Shown here in pieces: positions 40,440 to 55,099 of a DNA stretch of 64,000 nt. The stretch's first letter is position 1. Each line of letters begins with the position of its first letter. The DNA comes from Eledone cirrhosa (Eukaryota). The position numbers were made by a program, and so were the translations under genes. Below the pieces are notes generated by a model. It saw nothing but the letters and a program-made list of their open reading frames with translations. It had not been told where the DNA came from and ran no database searches. The DNA lies in contig OZ024744.1 of NCBI GenBank assembly GCA_964016885.1, positions 121,086,001 to 121,150,000 of the forward strand, written 5' to 3'.

Positions 40440-43400
40440 GAAGAGAGATAGTGTGAGATGGTTAGCTCATGTGTTGAGGAAGGATAAAAGTGACTGGGTG
40501 AGAGGAATAGAGGTTGTGATGGATGTTGTGAAGAGAGATAGTGTGAGATGGTTGGGTCATGTGTTGAGGAAGTATAAAAGTGACTGGGTGAGAGGAATAG
40601 AGGTAGTGATGGATGTTGTGAGGAGAGATAGTGTGAGATGGTTGGGTCATGTGTTGAGGAAGTGCGAAAGTGACTGTGTGAGAGGAATAGAGGTAGAGTT
40701 GGATGTTGTGAAGAGAGATAGTGTGAGAAGGTTGGGTCATGTGTTGAGGAAGTATGAAAGTGACTGGTTGAGAGGAATAGAGGTAGTGATGGATGTTGTG
40801 AAGAGAGATAGTGTGAGATGGTTGGGTCATGTGTTGAGGAGGGATAAAATTGATTGTGTGAGCGGAATAGAAGTAGTGATGGATGTTGTGAAGAGAGATA
40901 GTGTGAGATGGTTGGGTCATGTGTTGAGGAAGGATAAAAGTGACTGGGTGAGAGGAATAGAGGTAGTGATGCATGTGGTGAAGAGAGATAGTGTGAGATG
41001 GTTGGGTCATGTGTTGAGGAAGGATAAAATTGACTGGGTGAGAGGAATAGAGGTAGTGATGGATGTTGTGAAGAGAGATATGTGAGATGGTTGGGTCATG
41101 TGTTGAGGAAGGATAAAAGCGACTGGGTGAGAGGAATAGAGGTAGTGACGAATGTTGTGAAGAGAGATAGTGTGAGATGGTTGGGTCATGTGTTGAGGAA
41201 GGATAAAAGTGACTCGGTGAGAGGAATAGAGGTAGTGATGGATGTTGTGAAGAGAGATAGTGTGAGATGGTTGGGTCATGTGTTGAGGAAGGATAAAAGT
41301 GACTGGGTGAGAGGAATAGAGGTAGTGATGGATGTTGTGAAGAGAGATAGTGAGATGGTTGGGTCATGTGTTGAGGAAGGATACAAGTGACTGGGTGAGA
41401 GGAATAGAGGTAGTGATGGATGTTGTGAAGAGAGATATGTGAGATGGTTGGGTCATGTGTTGAGGAAGGATAAAAGTGACTGGGTGAGAGGAATAGAGGT
41501 AGTGACGGATGTTGTGAAGAGAGATAGTGTGAGATGGTTGGGCCATGTGTTGAGGAAGGATAAAAGTGACTCGGTGAGAGGAATAGAGGTAGTGATGGAT
41601 GTTGTGAAGAGAGATAGTGTGAGATGGTTGGGTCATGTGTTGAGGAAGGATAAAAGTGACTGGGTGAGAAGAATAGAGGTAGTGACGGATGTTGTGAAGA
41701 GAGATAGTGTGAGATGGTTGGGTCATGTGTTGAGGAAGGATAAAAGTGACTGGGTGAGAGGAATAGAGGTAGTGATGGATGTTGTGAAGAGAGATAGTGT
41801 GAGATGGTTGGGTCATGTGTTGAGGAAGGATAAAAGTGAGTCGTCGAGAGGAATAGAGGTAGTGATGGATGTTGTGAAGAGAGATAGTGTGAGATGGTTG
41901 GGTCATGTGTTGAGGAAGGATAAAAGTGAGTCGTCGAGAGGAATAGAGGTAGTGATGGATGTTGTGAAGAGAGATAGTGTGAGATGGTTGGGTCATGTGT
42001 TGAGGGAGGATAAAAGTGACTGGGTGAGAGGAATAGAGGTAGTGATGGATGTTGCGAAGAGCGATAGTGTGAGATGGTTGGGTCATGTGTTGAGGAAGGA
42101 TAAAAGTGACTGGGTGAGAGGAATAGAGGTAGTGATGGATGTTGTGAAGAGAGATAGTGTGAGATGGTTAGCTCATGTGTTGAGGAAGGATAAAAGTGAC
42201 TGGGTGAGAGGAATAGAGGTTGTGATGGACGTTGTGAAGAGAGATAGTGTGAGATGGTTGGGTCATGTGTTGAGGAAGTATAAAAGTGACTGGGTGACAG
42301 GAATAGAGGTAGTGATGGATGTTGTGAGGAGAGATAGTGTGAGATGGTTGGGTCATGTGTTGAGGAAGTGTGAAAGTGACTGGGTGAGAGGAATAGAGGT
42401 AGAGATGGATGTTGTGAAGAGAGATAGTGTGAGAAGGTTGGGTCATGTGTTGAGGAAGTATGAAAGTGACTGGGTGAGAGGAATAGAGGTAGTGATGGAT
42501 GTTGTGAAGAGAGATAGTGTGAGATGGTTGGGTCATGTGTTGAGGAGGGATAAAATTGATTGTGTGAGAGGAATAGAGGTAGTGATGGATGTTGTGAAGA
42601 GAGATAGTGTGAGATGGTTGGGTCATGTGTTGAGGAAGGATAAAAGTGACTGGGTGAGAGGAATAGAGGTAGTGATGCATGTGGTGAAGAGAGATAGTGT
42701 GAGATGGTTGGGTCATGTGTTGAGGAAGGATAAAAGTGACTGGGTGAGAGGAATAGAGGTAGTGATGGATGTTGTGAAGAGAGATATGTGAGATGGTTGG
42801 GTCATGTGTTGAGGAAGGATAAAAGTGACTGGGTGAGAGGAATAGAAGTAGTGAAGGATGCTGTGAAGAGGGATAGTGTGAGATGGTTGGGTTATGTGTT
42901 GAGGAAGGATGAACGTAACTGGGTGAGAGGAATAGAGGTAGTGATGGATGTTGTGAAGAGAGATAGTGTGAGATGGTTAGGTCATGTGTTGAGGGAGGAT
43001 AAAAGTGACTGGGTGAGATGAATAGAGGTAGTGATGGATGTTGTGAAGAGAGATAGTGTGAGATGGTTGGGTCATGTGTTGAGGAAGGATAAAAGTGACT
43101 GGGTGAGAGAAATAGAGGTAGTGATGGATGTTGCGAAGAGAGATAGTGTGAGATGGTTGGGTCATGTGTTGAGTAAGGATAAAAGTGACTGGGTGAGAGG
43201 AATCAGAGGTAGTGATGGATGTTGTGAAGAGAAATAGTGTGAGATGGTTGGGTCATGTGTTGAGGAAGGATAGAAGTGACTGGGTAAGAGGAATAGATGT
43301 AGTGATGCATGTTGAGAAAAGAGATAATGTGAGTTGGTTGGGTCATTTGTTGAGGAAGTATGAAAGTGACGGGCTGAGAGGAATAGCGGTAGTGATAGAT

Positions 43401-46400
43401 GTTGTGAAGAGAGATAGTGTGAGATGGTTGGGTCATGTGTTGAGGAAGTATGAAAGTGACTGGGTGAGAGGAATAGAGGTAGAGATGGATGTTGTGAAGA
43501 GACATATTCTGAGATGGTTGGGTCATGTGTTGAGGAAGTATGAAAGTGACAGGGTGAGAGGAATAGAGGTAGTGATGGATGTTGTGAAGAGAAATAGTGT
43601 GAGATGGTTGGGTCATGTGTTGAGGAAGTATGAATGTGACTGGGTGAGAGGAATAGAGGTAGTTATGGATGTTGTGAAGAGAGATAGTGTGAGATGGTTG
43701 GGTCATGTGTTGAGGAAGGATAAAAGTGACTGGGTGAGAGGAATCAGAGGTAGTGATGGATGTTGTGAAGAGAAATAGTGTGAGATGGTTGGGTCATGTG
43801 TTGAGGAAGGATAAAAGTGACTGGGTAAGAGGAATAGATGTAGTGATGCATGTTGAGAAAAGAGATAATGTGAGTTGGTTGGGTCATTTGTTGAGGAAGT
43901 ATGAAAGTGACGGGCTGCGAGGAATAGAGGTAGTGATAGATGTTGTGAAGAGAGATAGTGTGAGATGGTTGGGTCATGTGTTGAGGAAGTATGAAAGTGA
44001 CTGGGTGAGAGGAATAGAGGTAGAGATGGATGTTGTGAAGAGACATAGTCTGAGATGGTTGGGTCATGTGTTGAGGAAGTATGAAAGTGACAGGGTGAGA
44101 GGAATAGAGGTAGTGATGGATGTTGTGAAGAGAAATAGTGTGAGATGGTTGGGTCATGTGTTGAGGAAGTATGAATGTGACTGGGTGAGAGGAATAGAGG
44201 TAGTTATGGATGTTGTGAAGAGAGATAGTGTGAGATGGTTGGGTCATGTGTTGAGGAAGGATAAAAGTGACTGGGTGAGAGGAATAGAGGTAGTGGTGGA
44301 TGTTGTGAAGAGAGATAGTGTGAGATGGTTGGGTCATGTGTTGAGGAAGGATAAAAGTGACTGGGTGAGAAGAATAGAGGTAGTGACGGATGTTGTGAAG
44401 AGAGATAGTGTGAGATGGTTGGGTTATGTGTTGAGGAAGGATAAAAGTGAGTCGTCGAGAGGAATAGAGGTAGTGATGGATGTTGTGAAGAGAGATAGTG
44501 TGAGATGGTTGGGTCATGTGTTGAGGAAGGATAAAAGTGACTGGGTGAGAGGAATAGAGGTAGTGATGGATGTTGCGAAGAGAGATAGTGTGAGATGGTT
44601 GGGTCATGTGTTGAGGAAGGATAAAAGTGACTGGGTGAGAGGAATAGAGGTAGTGATGGATGTTGTGAAGAGAGATAGTGTGAGATGGTTAGCTCATGTG
44701 TTGAGGAAGGATAAAAGTGACTGGGTGAGAGGAATAGAGGTTGTGATGGATGTTGTGAAGAGAGATAGTGTGAGATGGTTGGGTCATGTGTTGAGGAAGT
44801 ATAAAAGTGACTGGGTGAGAGGAATAGAGGTAGTGATGGATGTTGCGAAGAGAGATAGTGTGAGATGGTTGGGTCATGTGTTGAGGAAGGATTAAAGTGA
44901 CTGGGTGAGAGGAATAGAGGTAGTGATGGATGTTGTGAAGAGAGATAGTGTGAGATGGTTAGCTCATGTGTTGAGGAAGGATAAAAGTGACTGGGTGAGA
45001 GGAATAGAGGTTGTGATGGGTGTTGTGAAGAGAGATAGTGTGAGATGGTTGGGTCATGTGTTGAGGAAGTATAAAAGTGACTGGGTGAGAGGAATAGAGG
45101 TAGTGATGGATGTTGTGAGGAGAGATAGTGTGAGATGGTTGGGTCATGTGTTGAGGAAGTGTGAAAGTGACTGTGTGAGAGGAATAGAGGTAGAGTTGGA
45201 TGTTGTGAAGAGAGATAGTGTGAGAAGGTTGGGTCATGTGTTGAGGAAGTATGAAAGTGACTGGTTGAGAGGAATAGAGGTAGTGATGGATGTTGTGAAG
45301 AGAGATAGTGTGAGATGGTTGGGTCATGTGTTGAGGAGGGATAAAATTGATTGTGTGAGAGGAATAGAAGTAGTGATGGATGTTGTGAAGAGAGATAGTG
45401 TGAGATGGTTGGGTCATGTGTTGAGGAAGGATAAAAGTGACTGGGTGAGAGGAATAGAGGTAGTGATGCATGTGGTGAAGAGAGATAGTGTGAGATGGTT
45501 GGGTCATGTGTTGAGGAAGGATAAAAGTGACTGGGTGAGAGGAATAGAGGTAGTGATGGATGTTGTGAAGAGAGATATGTGAGATGGTTGGGTCATGTGT
45601 TGAGGAAGGATAAAAGCGACTGGGTGAGAGGAATAGAGGTAGTGACGAATGTTGTGAAGAGAGATAGTGTGAGATGGTTGGGTCATGTGTTGAGGAAGGA
45701 TAAAAGTGACTCGGTGAGAGGAATAGAGGTAGTGATGGATGTTGTGAAGAGAGATAGTGTGAGATGGTTGGGTCATGTGTTGAGGAAGGATAAAAGTGAC
45801 TGGGTGAGAGGAATAGAGGTAGTGATGGATGTTGTGAAGAGAGATAGTGAGATGGTTGGGTCATGTGTTGAGGAAGGATACAAGTGACTGGGTGAGAGGA
45901 ATAGAGGTAGTGATGGATGTTGTGAAGAGAGATATGTGAGATGGTTGGGTCATGTGTTGAGGAAGGATAAAAGTGACTGGGTGAGAGGAATAGAGGTAGT
46001 GACGGATGTTGTGAAGAGAGATAGTGTGAGATGGTTGGGCCATGTGTTGAGGAAGGATAAAAGTGACTCGGTGAGAGGAATAGAGGTAGTGATGGATGTT
46101 GTGAAGAGAGATAGTGTGAGATGGTTGGGTCATGTGTTGAGGAAGGATAAAAGTGACTGGGTGAGAAGAATAGAGGTAGTGACGGATGTTGTGAAGAGAG
46201 ATAGTGTGAGATGGTTGGGTCATGTGTTGAGGAAGGATAAAAGTGACTGGGTGAGAGGAATAGAGGTAGTGATGGATGTTGTGAAGAGAGATAGTGTGAG
46301 ATGGTTGGGTCATGTGTTGAGGAAGGATAAAAGTGAGTCGTCGAGAGGAATAGAGGTAGTGATGGATGTTGTGAAGAGAGATAGTGTGAGATGGTTGGGT

Positions 46401-49340
46401 CATGTGTTGAGGAAGGATAAAAGTGAGTCGTCGAGAGGAATAGAGGTAGTGATGGATGTTGTGAAGAGAGATAGTGTGAGATGGTTGGGTCATGTGTTGA
46501 GGGAGGATAAAAGTGACTGGGTGAGAGGAATAGAGGTAGTGATGGATGTTGCGAAGAGCGATAGTGTGAGATGGTTGGGTCATGTGTTGAGGAAGGATAA
46601 AAGTGACTGGGTGAGAGGAATAGAGGTAGTGATGGATGTTGTGAAGAGAGATAGTGTGAGATGGTTAGCTCATGTGTTGAGGAAGGATAAAAGTGACTGG
46701 GTGAGAGGAATAGAGGTTGTGATGGACGTTGTGAAGAGAGATAGTGTGAGATGGTTGGGTCATGTGTTGAGGAAGTATAAAAGTGACTGGCTGAGAGGAA
46801 TAGAGGTAGTGATGGATGTTGTGAGGAGAGATAGTGTGAGATGGTTGGGTCATGTGTTGAGGAAGCGTGAAAGTGACTGGGTGAGAGGAATAGAGGTAGA
46901 GATGGATGTTGTGAAGAGAGATAGTGTGAGAAGGTTGGGTCATGTGTTGAGGAAGTATGAAAGTGACTGGGTGAGAGGAATAGAGGTAGTGATGGATGTT
47001 GTGAAGAGAGATAGTGTGAGATGGTTGGGTCATGTGTTGAGGAGGGATAAAATTGATTGTGTGAGAGGAATAGAGGTAGTGATGGATGTTGTGAAGAGAG
47101 ATAGTGTGAGATGGTTGGGTCATGTGTTGAGGAAGGATAAAAGTGACTGGGTGAGAGGAATAGAGGTAGTGATGCATGTGGTGAAGAGAGATAGTGTGAG
47201 ATGGTTGGGTCATGTGTTGAGGAAGGATAAAAGTGACTGGGTGAGAGGAATAGAGGTAGTGATGGATGTTGTGAAGAGAGATATGTGAGATGGTTGGGTC
47301 ATGTGTTGAGGAAGGATAAAAGTGACTGGGTGAGAGGAATAGAAGTAGTGAAGGATGCTGTGAAGAGGGATAGTGTGAGATGGTTGGGTTATGTGTTGAG
47401 GAAGGATGAACGTAACTGGGTGAGAGGAATAGAGGTAGTGATGGATGTTGTGAAGAGAGATAGTGTGAGATGGTTAGGTCATGTGTTGAGGGAGGATAAA
47501 AGTGACTGGGTGAGATGAATAGAGGTAGTGATGGATGTTGTGAAGAGAGATAGTGTGAGATGGTTGGGTCATGTGTTGAGGAAGGATAAAAGTGACTGGG
47601 TGAGAGAAATAGAGGTAGTGATGGATGTTGCGAAGAGAGATAGTGTGAGATGGTTGGGTCATGTGTTGAGTAAGGATAAAAGTGACTGGGTGAGAGGAAT
47701 CAGAGGTAGTGATGGATGTTGTGAAGAGAAATAGTGTGAGATGGTTGGGTCATGTGTTGAGGAAGGATAAAAGTGACTGGGTAAGAGGAATAGCTGTAGT
47801 GATGCATGTTGAGAAAAGAGATAATGTGAGTTGGTTGGGTCATTTGTTGAGGAAGTATGAAAGTGACGGGCTGAGAGGAATAGCGGTAGTGATAGATGTT
47901 GTGAAGAGAGATAGTGTGAGATGGTTGGGTCATGTGTTGAGGAAGTATGAAAGTGACTGGGTGAGAGGAATAGAGGTAGAGATGGATGTTGTGAAGAGAC
48001 ATATTCTGAGATGGTTGGGTCATGTGTTGAGGAAGTATGAAAGTGACAGGGTGAGAGGAATAGAGGTAGTGATGGATGTTGTGAAGAGAAATAGTGTGAG
48101 ATGGTTGGGTCATGTGTTGAGGAAGTATGAATGTGACTGGGTGAGAGGAATAGAGGTAGTTATGGATGTTGTGAAGAGAGATAGTGTGAGATGGTTGGGT
48201 CATGTGTTGAGGAAGGATAAAAGTGACTGGGTGAGAGGAATCAGAGGTAGTGATGGATGTTGTGAAGAGAAATAGTGTGAGATGGTTGGGTCATGTGTTG
48301 AGGAAGGATAAAAGTGACTGGGTAAGAGGAATAGATGTAGTGATGCATGTTGAGAAAAGAGATAATGTGAGTTGGTTGGGTCATTTGTTGAGGAAGTATG
48401 AAAGTGACGGGCTGCGAGGAATAGAGGTAGTGATAGATGTTGTGAAGAGAGATAGTGTGAGAGGGTTGGGTCATGTGTTGAGGAAGTATGAAAGTGACTG
48501 GGTGAGAGGAATAGAGGTAGAGATGGATGTTGTGAAGAGACATAGTCTGAGATGGTTGGGTCATGTGTTGAGGAAGTATGAAAGTGACAGGGTGAGAGGA
48601 ATAGAGGTAGTGATGGATGTTGTGAAGAGAAATAGTGTGAGATGGTTGGGTCATGTGTTGAGGAAGTATGAATGTGACTGGGTGAGAGGAATAGAGGTAG
48701 TTATGGATGTTGTGAAGAGAGATAGTGTGAGATGGTTGGGTCATGTGTTGAGGAAGGATAAAAGTGACTGGGTGAGAGGAATAGAGGTAGTGGTGGATGT
48801 TGTGAAGAGAGATAGTGTGAGATGGTTGGGTCATGTGTTGAGGAAGGATAAAAGTGACTGGGTGAGAAGAATAGAGGTAGTGACGGATGTTGTGAAGAGA
48901 GATAGTGTGAGATGGTTGGGTTATGTGTTGAGGAAGGATAAAAGTGAGTCGTCGAGAGGAATAGAGGTAGTGATGGATGTTGTGAAGAGAGATAGTGTGA
49001 GATGGTTGGGTCATGTGTTGAGGAAGGATAAAAGTGACTGGGTGAGAGGAATAGAGGTAGTGATGGATGTTGCGAAGAGAGATAGTGTGAGATGGTTGGG
49101 TCATGTGTTGAGGAAGGATAAAAGTGACTGGGTGAGAGGAATAGAGGTAGTGATGGATGTTGTGAAGAGAGATAGTGTGAGATGGTTAGCTCATGTGTTG
49201 AGGAAGGATAAAAGTGACTGGGTGAGAGGAATAGAGGTTGTGATGGATGTTGTGAAGAGAGATAGTGTGAGATGGTTGGGTCATGTGTTGAGGAAGTATA
49301 AAAGTGACTGGGTGAGAGGAATAGAGGTAGTGATGGATGT
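40440..49340 (+). repeat. Near-tandem duplication with period 4497 bp (50 monomers minus 3 bp); a related partial copy lies upstream at about 37.0-40.0 kb
   Basis: ORF pairs 40462/44959, 41082/45579, 41439/45936, 42788/47285, 43212/47709, 43753/48250. Upstream relatives are 37843/41439 (offset 3596) and 39102/42788 (offset 3686). Confidence 0.85.
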
Positions 49341-52300
49341 TGTGAGGAGAGATAGTGTGAGATGGTTGGGTCATGTGTTGAGGAAGTGTGAAAGTGACTG
49401 TGTGAGAGGAATAGAGGAAGAGTTGGATGATGTGAAGAGAGATAGTGTGAGAAGGTTGTGTCATGTGTTGAGGAAGTATGAAAGTGACTGGGTGAGAGGA
49501 ATAGAGGTAGTGATGGATGTTGTGAAGAGAGATAGTGTGAGATGGTTGGGTCATGTGTTGAGGAGGGATAAAATTGATTGTGTGAGAGGAATAGAGGTAG
49601 TGATGGATGTTGTGAAGAGAGATAGTGTGAGATGGTTGGGTCATGTGTTGAGGAAGGATAAAAGTGACTAGGTGAGAGGAATAGAGGTAGTGATGCATGT
49701 GGTGAAGAGAGATAGTGTGAGATGGTTGGGTCATGTGTTGAGGAAGGATAAAAGTGACTGGGTGAGAGGAATAGAGGTAGTGATGGATGTTGTGAAGAGA
49801 GATATGTGAGATGGTTGTGTCATGTGTTGAGGAAGGATAAAAGCGACTGGGTGAGAGGAATAGAGGTAGTGACGAATGTTGTGAAGATAGATAGTGTGAG
49901 ATGGTTGGGTCATGTGTTGAGGAAGGATAAAAGTGACTCGGTGAGAGGATTAGAGGTAGTGATGGATGTTGTGAAGAGAGATAGTGTGAGATGGTTGGGT
50001 CATGTGTTGAGGAAGGATAAAAGTGACTGGGTGAGAGGAATAGAGGTAGTGATGGATGTTGTGAAGAGAGATAGTGAGATGGTTGGGTCATGTGTTGAGG
50101 AAGGATACAAGTGACTGGGTGAGAGGAATAGAGGTAGTGATGGATGTTGTGAAGAGAGATATGTGAGATGGTTGGGTCATGTGTTGAGTAAGGATAAAAG
50201 TGACTGGGTGAGAGGAATAGAGGTAGTGACGGATGTTGTGAAGAGAGATAGTGTGAGATGGTTGGGTCATGTGTTGAGGAAGGATAAAAGTGACTGGGTG
50301 AGAGAAATAGAGGTAGTGATGGATGTTGCGAAGAGAGATAGTGTGAGATGGTTGGGTCATGTGTTGAGGAAGGATAAAAGTGACTGGGTGAGAGGAATCA
50401 GAGGTAGTGATGGATGTTGCGAAGAGAGATAGTGTGAGATGGTTGGGTCATGTGTTGAGGAAGGATAAAAGTGACTGGGTGAGAGGAATCAGAGGTAGTG
50501 ATGGATGTTGTGAAGAGAGATAGTGTGAGATGGTTGGGTCATGTGTTGAGGAAGGATAAAAGTGACTGGGTGAGAGGAATCAGAGGTAGTGATGGATGTT
50601 GTGAAGAGAAATAGTGTGAGATGGTTGGGTCATGTGTTGAGGAAGGATAAAAGTGACTGGGTAAGAGGAATAGATGTAGTGATGCATGTTGAGAAAAGAG
50701 ATAATGTGAGTTGGTTGGGTCATTTGTTGAGGAAGTATGAAAGTGACGGGCTGCGAGGAATAGAGGTAGTGATAGATGTTGTGAAGAGAGATAGTGTGAG
50801 ATGGTTGGGTCATGTGTTGAGGAAGTATGAAAGTGACTGGGTGAGAGGAATAGAGGTAGAGATGGATGTTGTGAAGAGACATGGTCTGAGATGGTTGGGT
50901 CATGTGTTGAGGAAGTATGAAAGTGACAGGGTGAGAGGAATAGAGGTAGTGATGGATGTTGTGAAGAGAAATAGTGTGAGATGGTTGGGTCATGTGTTGA
51001 GGAAGTATGAATGTGACTGGGTGAGAGGAATAGAGGTAGTTATGGATGTTGTGAAGAGAGATAGTGTGAGATGGTTGGGTCATGTGTTGAGGAAGGATAA
51101 AAGTGACTGGGTGAGAGGAATAGAGGTAGTGGTGGATGTTGTGAAGAGAGATAGTGTGAGATGGTTGGGTCATGTGTTGAGGAAGGATAAAAGTGACTGG
51201 GTGAGAAGAATAGAGGTAGTGACGGATGTTGTGAAGAGAGATAGTGTGAGATGGTTGGGTTATGTGTTGAGGAAGGATAAAAGTGAGTCGTCGAGAGGAA
51301 TAGAGGTAGTGATGGATGTTGTGAAGAGAGATAGTGTGAGATGGTTGGGTCATGTGTTGAGGAAGGATAAAAGCGACTGGGTGAGAGGAATAGAGGTAGT
51401 GACGAATGTTGTGAAGAGAGATAGTGTGAGATGGTTGGGTCATGTGTTGAGGAAGTATGAATGTGACTGGGTGAGAGGAATAGAGGTAGTTATGGATGTT
51501 GTGAAGAGAGATAGTGTGAGATGGTTGGGTCATGTGTTGAGGAAGGATAAAAGTGACTGGGTGAGAGGAATAGAGGTAGTGGTGGATGTTGTGAAGAGAG
51601 ATAGTGTGAGATGGTTGGGTCATGTGTTGAGGAAGGATAAAAGTGACTGGGTGAGAAGAATAGAGGTAGTGACGGATGTTGTGAAGAGAGATAGTGTGAG
51701 ATGGTTGGGTTATGTGTTGAGGAAGGATAAAAGTGAGTCGTCGAGAGGAATAGAGGTAGTGATGGATGTTGTGAAGAGAGATAGTGTGAGATGGTTGGGA
51801 AAATGTGTTGAGGAAGGATAAAAGTGACTGGGTGAGAGGAATAGAGGTAGTGATGGATGTTGCGAAGAGAGATAGTGTGAGATGGTTGGGTCATGTGTTG
51901 AGGAAGGATAAAAGTGACTGGGTGAGAGGAATAGAGGTAGTGATGGATGTTGTGAAGAGAGATAGTGTGAGATGGTTAGCTCATGTGTTGAGGAAGGATA
52001 AAAGTGACTGGGTGAGAGGAATAGAGGTTGTGATGGATGTTGTGAAGAGAGATAGTGTGAGATGGTTGTGTCATGTGTTGAGGAAGTATAAAAGTGACTG
52101 GGTGAGAGGAATAGAGGTAGTGATGGATGTTGTGAGGAGAGATAGTGTGAGATGGTTGGGTCATGTGTTGAGGAAGTGTGAAAGTGACTGGGTGAGAGGA
52201 ATAGAGGAAGAGTTGGATGTTGTGAAGAGAGATAGTGTGAGAAGGTTGTGTCATGTGTTGAGGAAGTATGAAAGTGACTGGGTGAGAGGAATAGAGGTAG

Positions 52301-55099
52301 TGATGGATGTTGTGAAGAGAGATAGTGTGAGATGGTTGGGTCATGTGTTGAGGAGGGATAAAATTGATTGTGTGAGAGGAATAGAGGTAGTGATGGATGT
52401 TGTGAAGAGAGATAGTGTGAGATGGTTGGGTCATGTGTTGAGGAAGGATAAAAGTGACTAGGTGAGAGGAATAGAGGTAGTGATGCATGTGGTGAAGAGA
52501 GATAGTGTGAGATGGTTGGGTCATGTGTTGAGGAAGGATAAAAGTGACTGGGTGAGAGGAATAGAGGTAGTGATGGATGTTGTGAAGAGAGATATGTGAG
52601 ATGGTTGGGTCATGTGTTGAGGAAGGATAAAAGCGACTGGGTGAGAGGAATAGAGGTAGTGACGAATGTTGTGAAGATAGATAGTGTGAGATGGTTGGGT
52701 CATGTGTTGAGGAAGGATAAAAGTGACTCGGTGAGAGGAATAGAGGTAGTGATGGATGTTGTGAAGAGAGATAGTGTGAGATGGTTGGGTCATGTGTTGA
52801 GGAAGGATAAAAGTGACTGGGTGAGAGGAATAGAGGTAGTGATGGATGTTGTGAAGAGAGATAGTGAGATGGTTGGGTCATGTGTTGAGGAAGGATACAA
52901 GTGACTGGGTGAGAGGAATAGAGGTAGTGATGGATGTTGTGAAGAGAGATATGTGAGATGGTTGGGTCATGTGTTGAGGAAGGATAAAAGTGACTGGGTG
53001 AGAGGAATAGAGGTAGTGACGGATGTTGTGAAGAGAGATAGTGTGAGATGGTTGGGTCATGTGTTGAGGAAGGATAAAAGTGACTGGGTGAGAGGAATAG
53101 TGGTAGTGATGGATGTTGTAAAGCGAGATAGTGTGAGATACTTGGGTCATGTGTTGAGGAAGTATAAAAGTGACTGGGTGAGAGGAATAGAGGTAGTGAT
53201 GGATGTTGTGAAGAGAGATAGTGTGAGATGGTTGGGTCCTGTGTTGAGGAAGGATGAATGTGACTGGGTGAGAGGAACAGAGGTAGTGATGGATGTTGTG
53301 AAGAGAGATAGTGTGAGATGGTTGGGTCATGAGTTGAGGAAGTATGAATGTGACTGGGTGAGAGGAATAGAGGTAGTGATGGATGTTGTGAAGAGAGATA
53401 GTGTGAGATGGTTAGGTCATGTGTTGAGGGAGGATAAAAGTGACTGGGTGAGATGAATAGAGGTAGTGATGGATGTTGTGAAGAGAGATAGTGTGAGATG
53501 GTTGGGTCATGTGTTGAGGAAGGATAAAAGTGACTGGGTGAGAGGAATCAGAGGTAGTGATGGATGTTGCGAAGAGAGATAGTGTGAGATGGTTGGGTCA
53601 TGTGTTGAGGAAGGATAAAAGTGACTGGGTGAGAGGAATCAGAGGTAGTGATGGATGTTGTGAAGAGAGATAGTGTGAGATGGTTGGGTCATGTGTTGAG
53701 GAAGGATAAAAGTGACTGGGTGAGAGGAATCAGAGGTAGTGATGGATGTTGTGAAGAGAAATAGTGTGAGATGGTTGGGTCATGTGTTGAGGAAGGATAA
53801 AAGTGACTGGGTAAGAGGAATAGATGTAGTGATGCATGTTGAGAAAAGAGATAATGTGAGTTGGTTGGGTCATTTGTTGAGGAAGTATGAAAGTGACGGG
53901 CTGCGAGGAATAGAGGTAGTGATAGATGTTGTGAAGAGAGATAGTGTGAGATGGTTGGGTCATGTGTTGAGGAAGTATGAAAGTGACTGGGTGAGAGGAA
54001 TAGAGGTAGAGATGGATGTTGTGAAGAGACATAGTCTGAGATGGTTGGGTCATGTGTTGAGGAAGTATGAAAGTGACAGGGTGAGAGGAATAGAGGTAGT
54101 GATGGATGTTGTGAAGAGAAATAGTGTGAGATGGTTGGGTCATGTGTTGAGGAAGTATGAATGTGACTGGGTGAGAGGAATAGAGGTAGTTATGGATGTT
54201 GTGAAGAGAGATAGTGTGAGATGGTTGGGTCATGTGTTGAGGAAGGATAAAAGTGACTGGGTGAGAGGAATAGAGGTAGTGGTGGATGTTGTGAAGAGAG
54301 ATATGTGAGATGGTTGGGTCATGTGTTGAGGAAGGATAAAAGCGACTGGGTGAGAGGAATAGAGGTAGTGACGAATGTTGTGAAGATAGATAGTGTGAGA
54401 TGGTTGGGTCATGTGTTGAGGAAGGATAAAAGTGACTCGGTGAGAGGAATAGAGGTAGTGATGGATGTTGTGAAGAGAGATAGTGTGAGATGGTTGGGTC
54501 ATGTGTTGAGGAAGGATAAAAGTGACTGGGTGAGAGGAATAGAGGTAGTGATGGATGTTGTGAAGAGAGATAGTGAGATGGTTGGGTCATGTGTTGAGGA
54601 AGGATACAAGTGACTGGGTGAGAGGAATAGAGGTAGTGATGGATGTTGTGAAGAGAGATATGTGAGATGGTTGGGTCATGTGTTGAGGAAGGATAAAAGT
54701 GACTGGGTGAGAGGAATAGAGGTAGTGACGGATGTTGTGAAGAGAGATAGTGTGAGATGGTTGGGTCATGTGTTGAGGAAGGATAAAAGTGACTGGGTGA
54801 GAGGAATAGTGGTAGTGATGGATGTTGTAAAGGGAGATAGTGTGAGATACTTGGGTCATGTGTTGAGGAAGTATAAAAGTGACTGGGTGAGAGGAATAGA
54901 GGTAGTGATGGATGTTGTGAAGAGAGATAGTGTGAGATGGTTGGGTCCTGTGTTGAGGAAGGATGAATGTGACTGGGTGAGAGGAACAGAGGTAGTGATG
55001 GATGTTGTGAAGAGAGATAGTGTGAGATGGTTGGGTCATGAGTTGAGGAAGTATGAATGTGACTGGGTGAGAGGAATAGAGGTAGTGATGGATGTTGTG

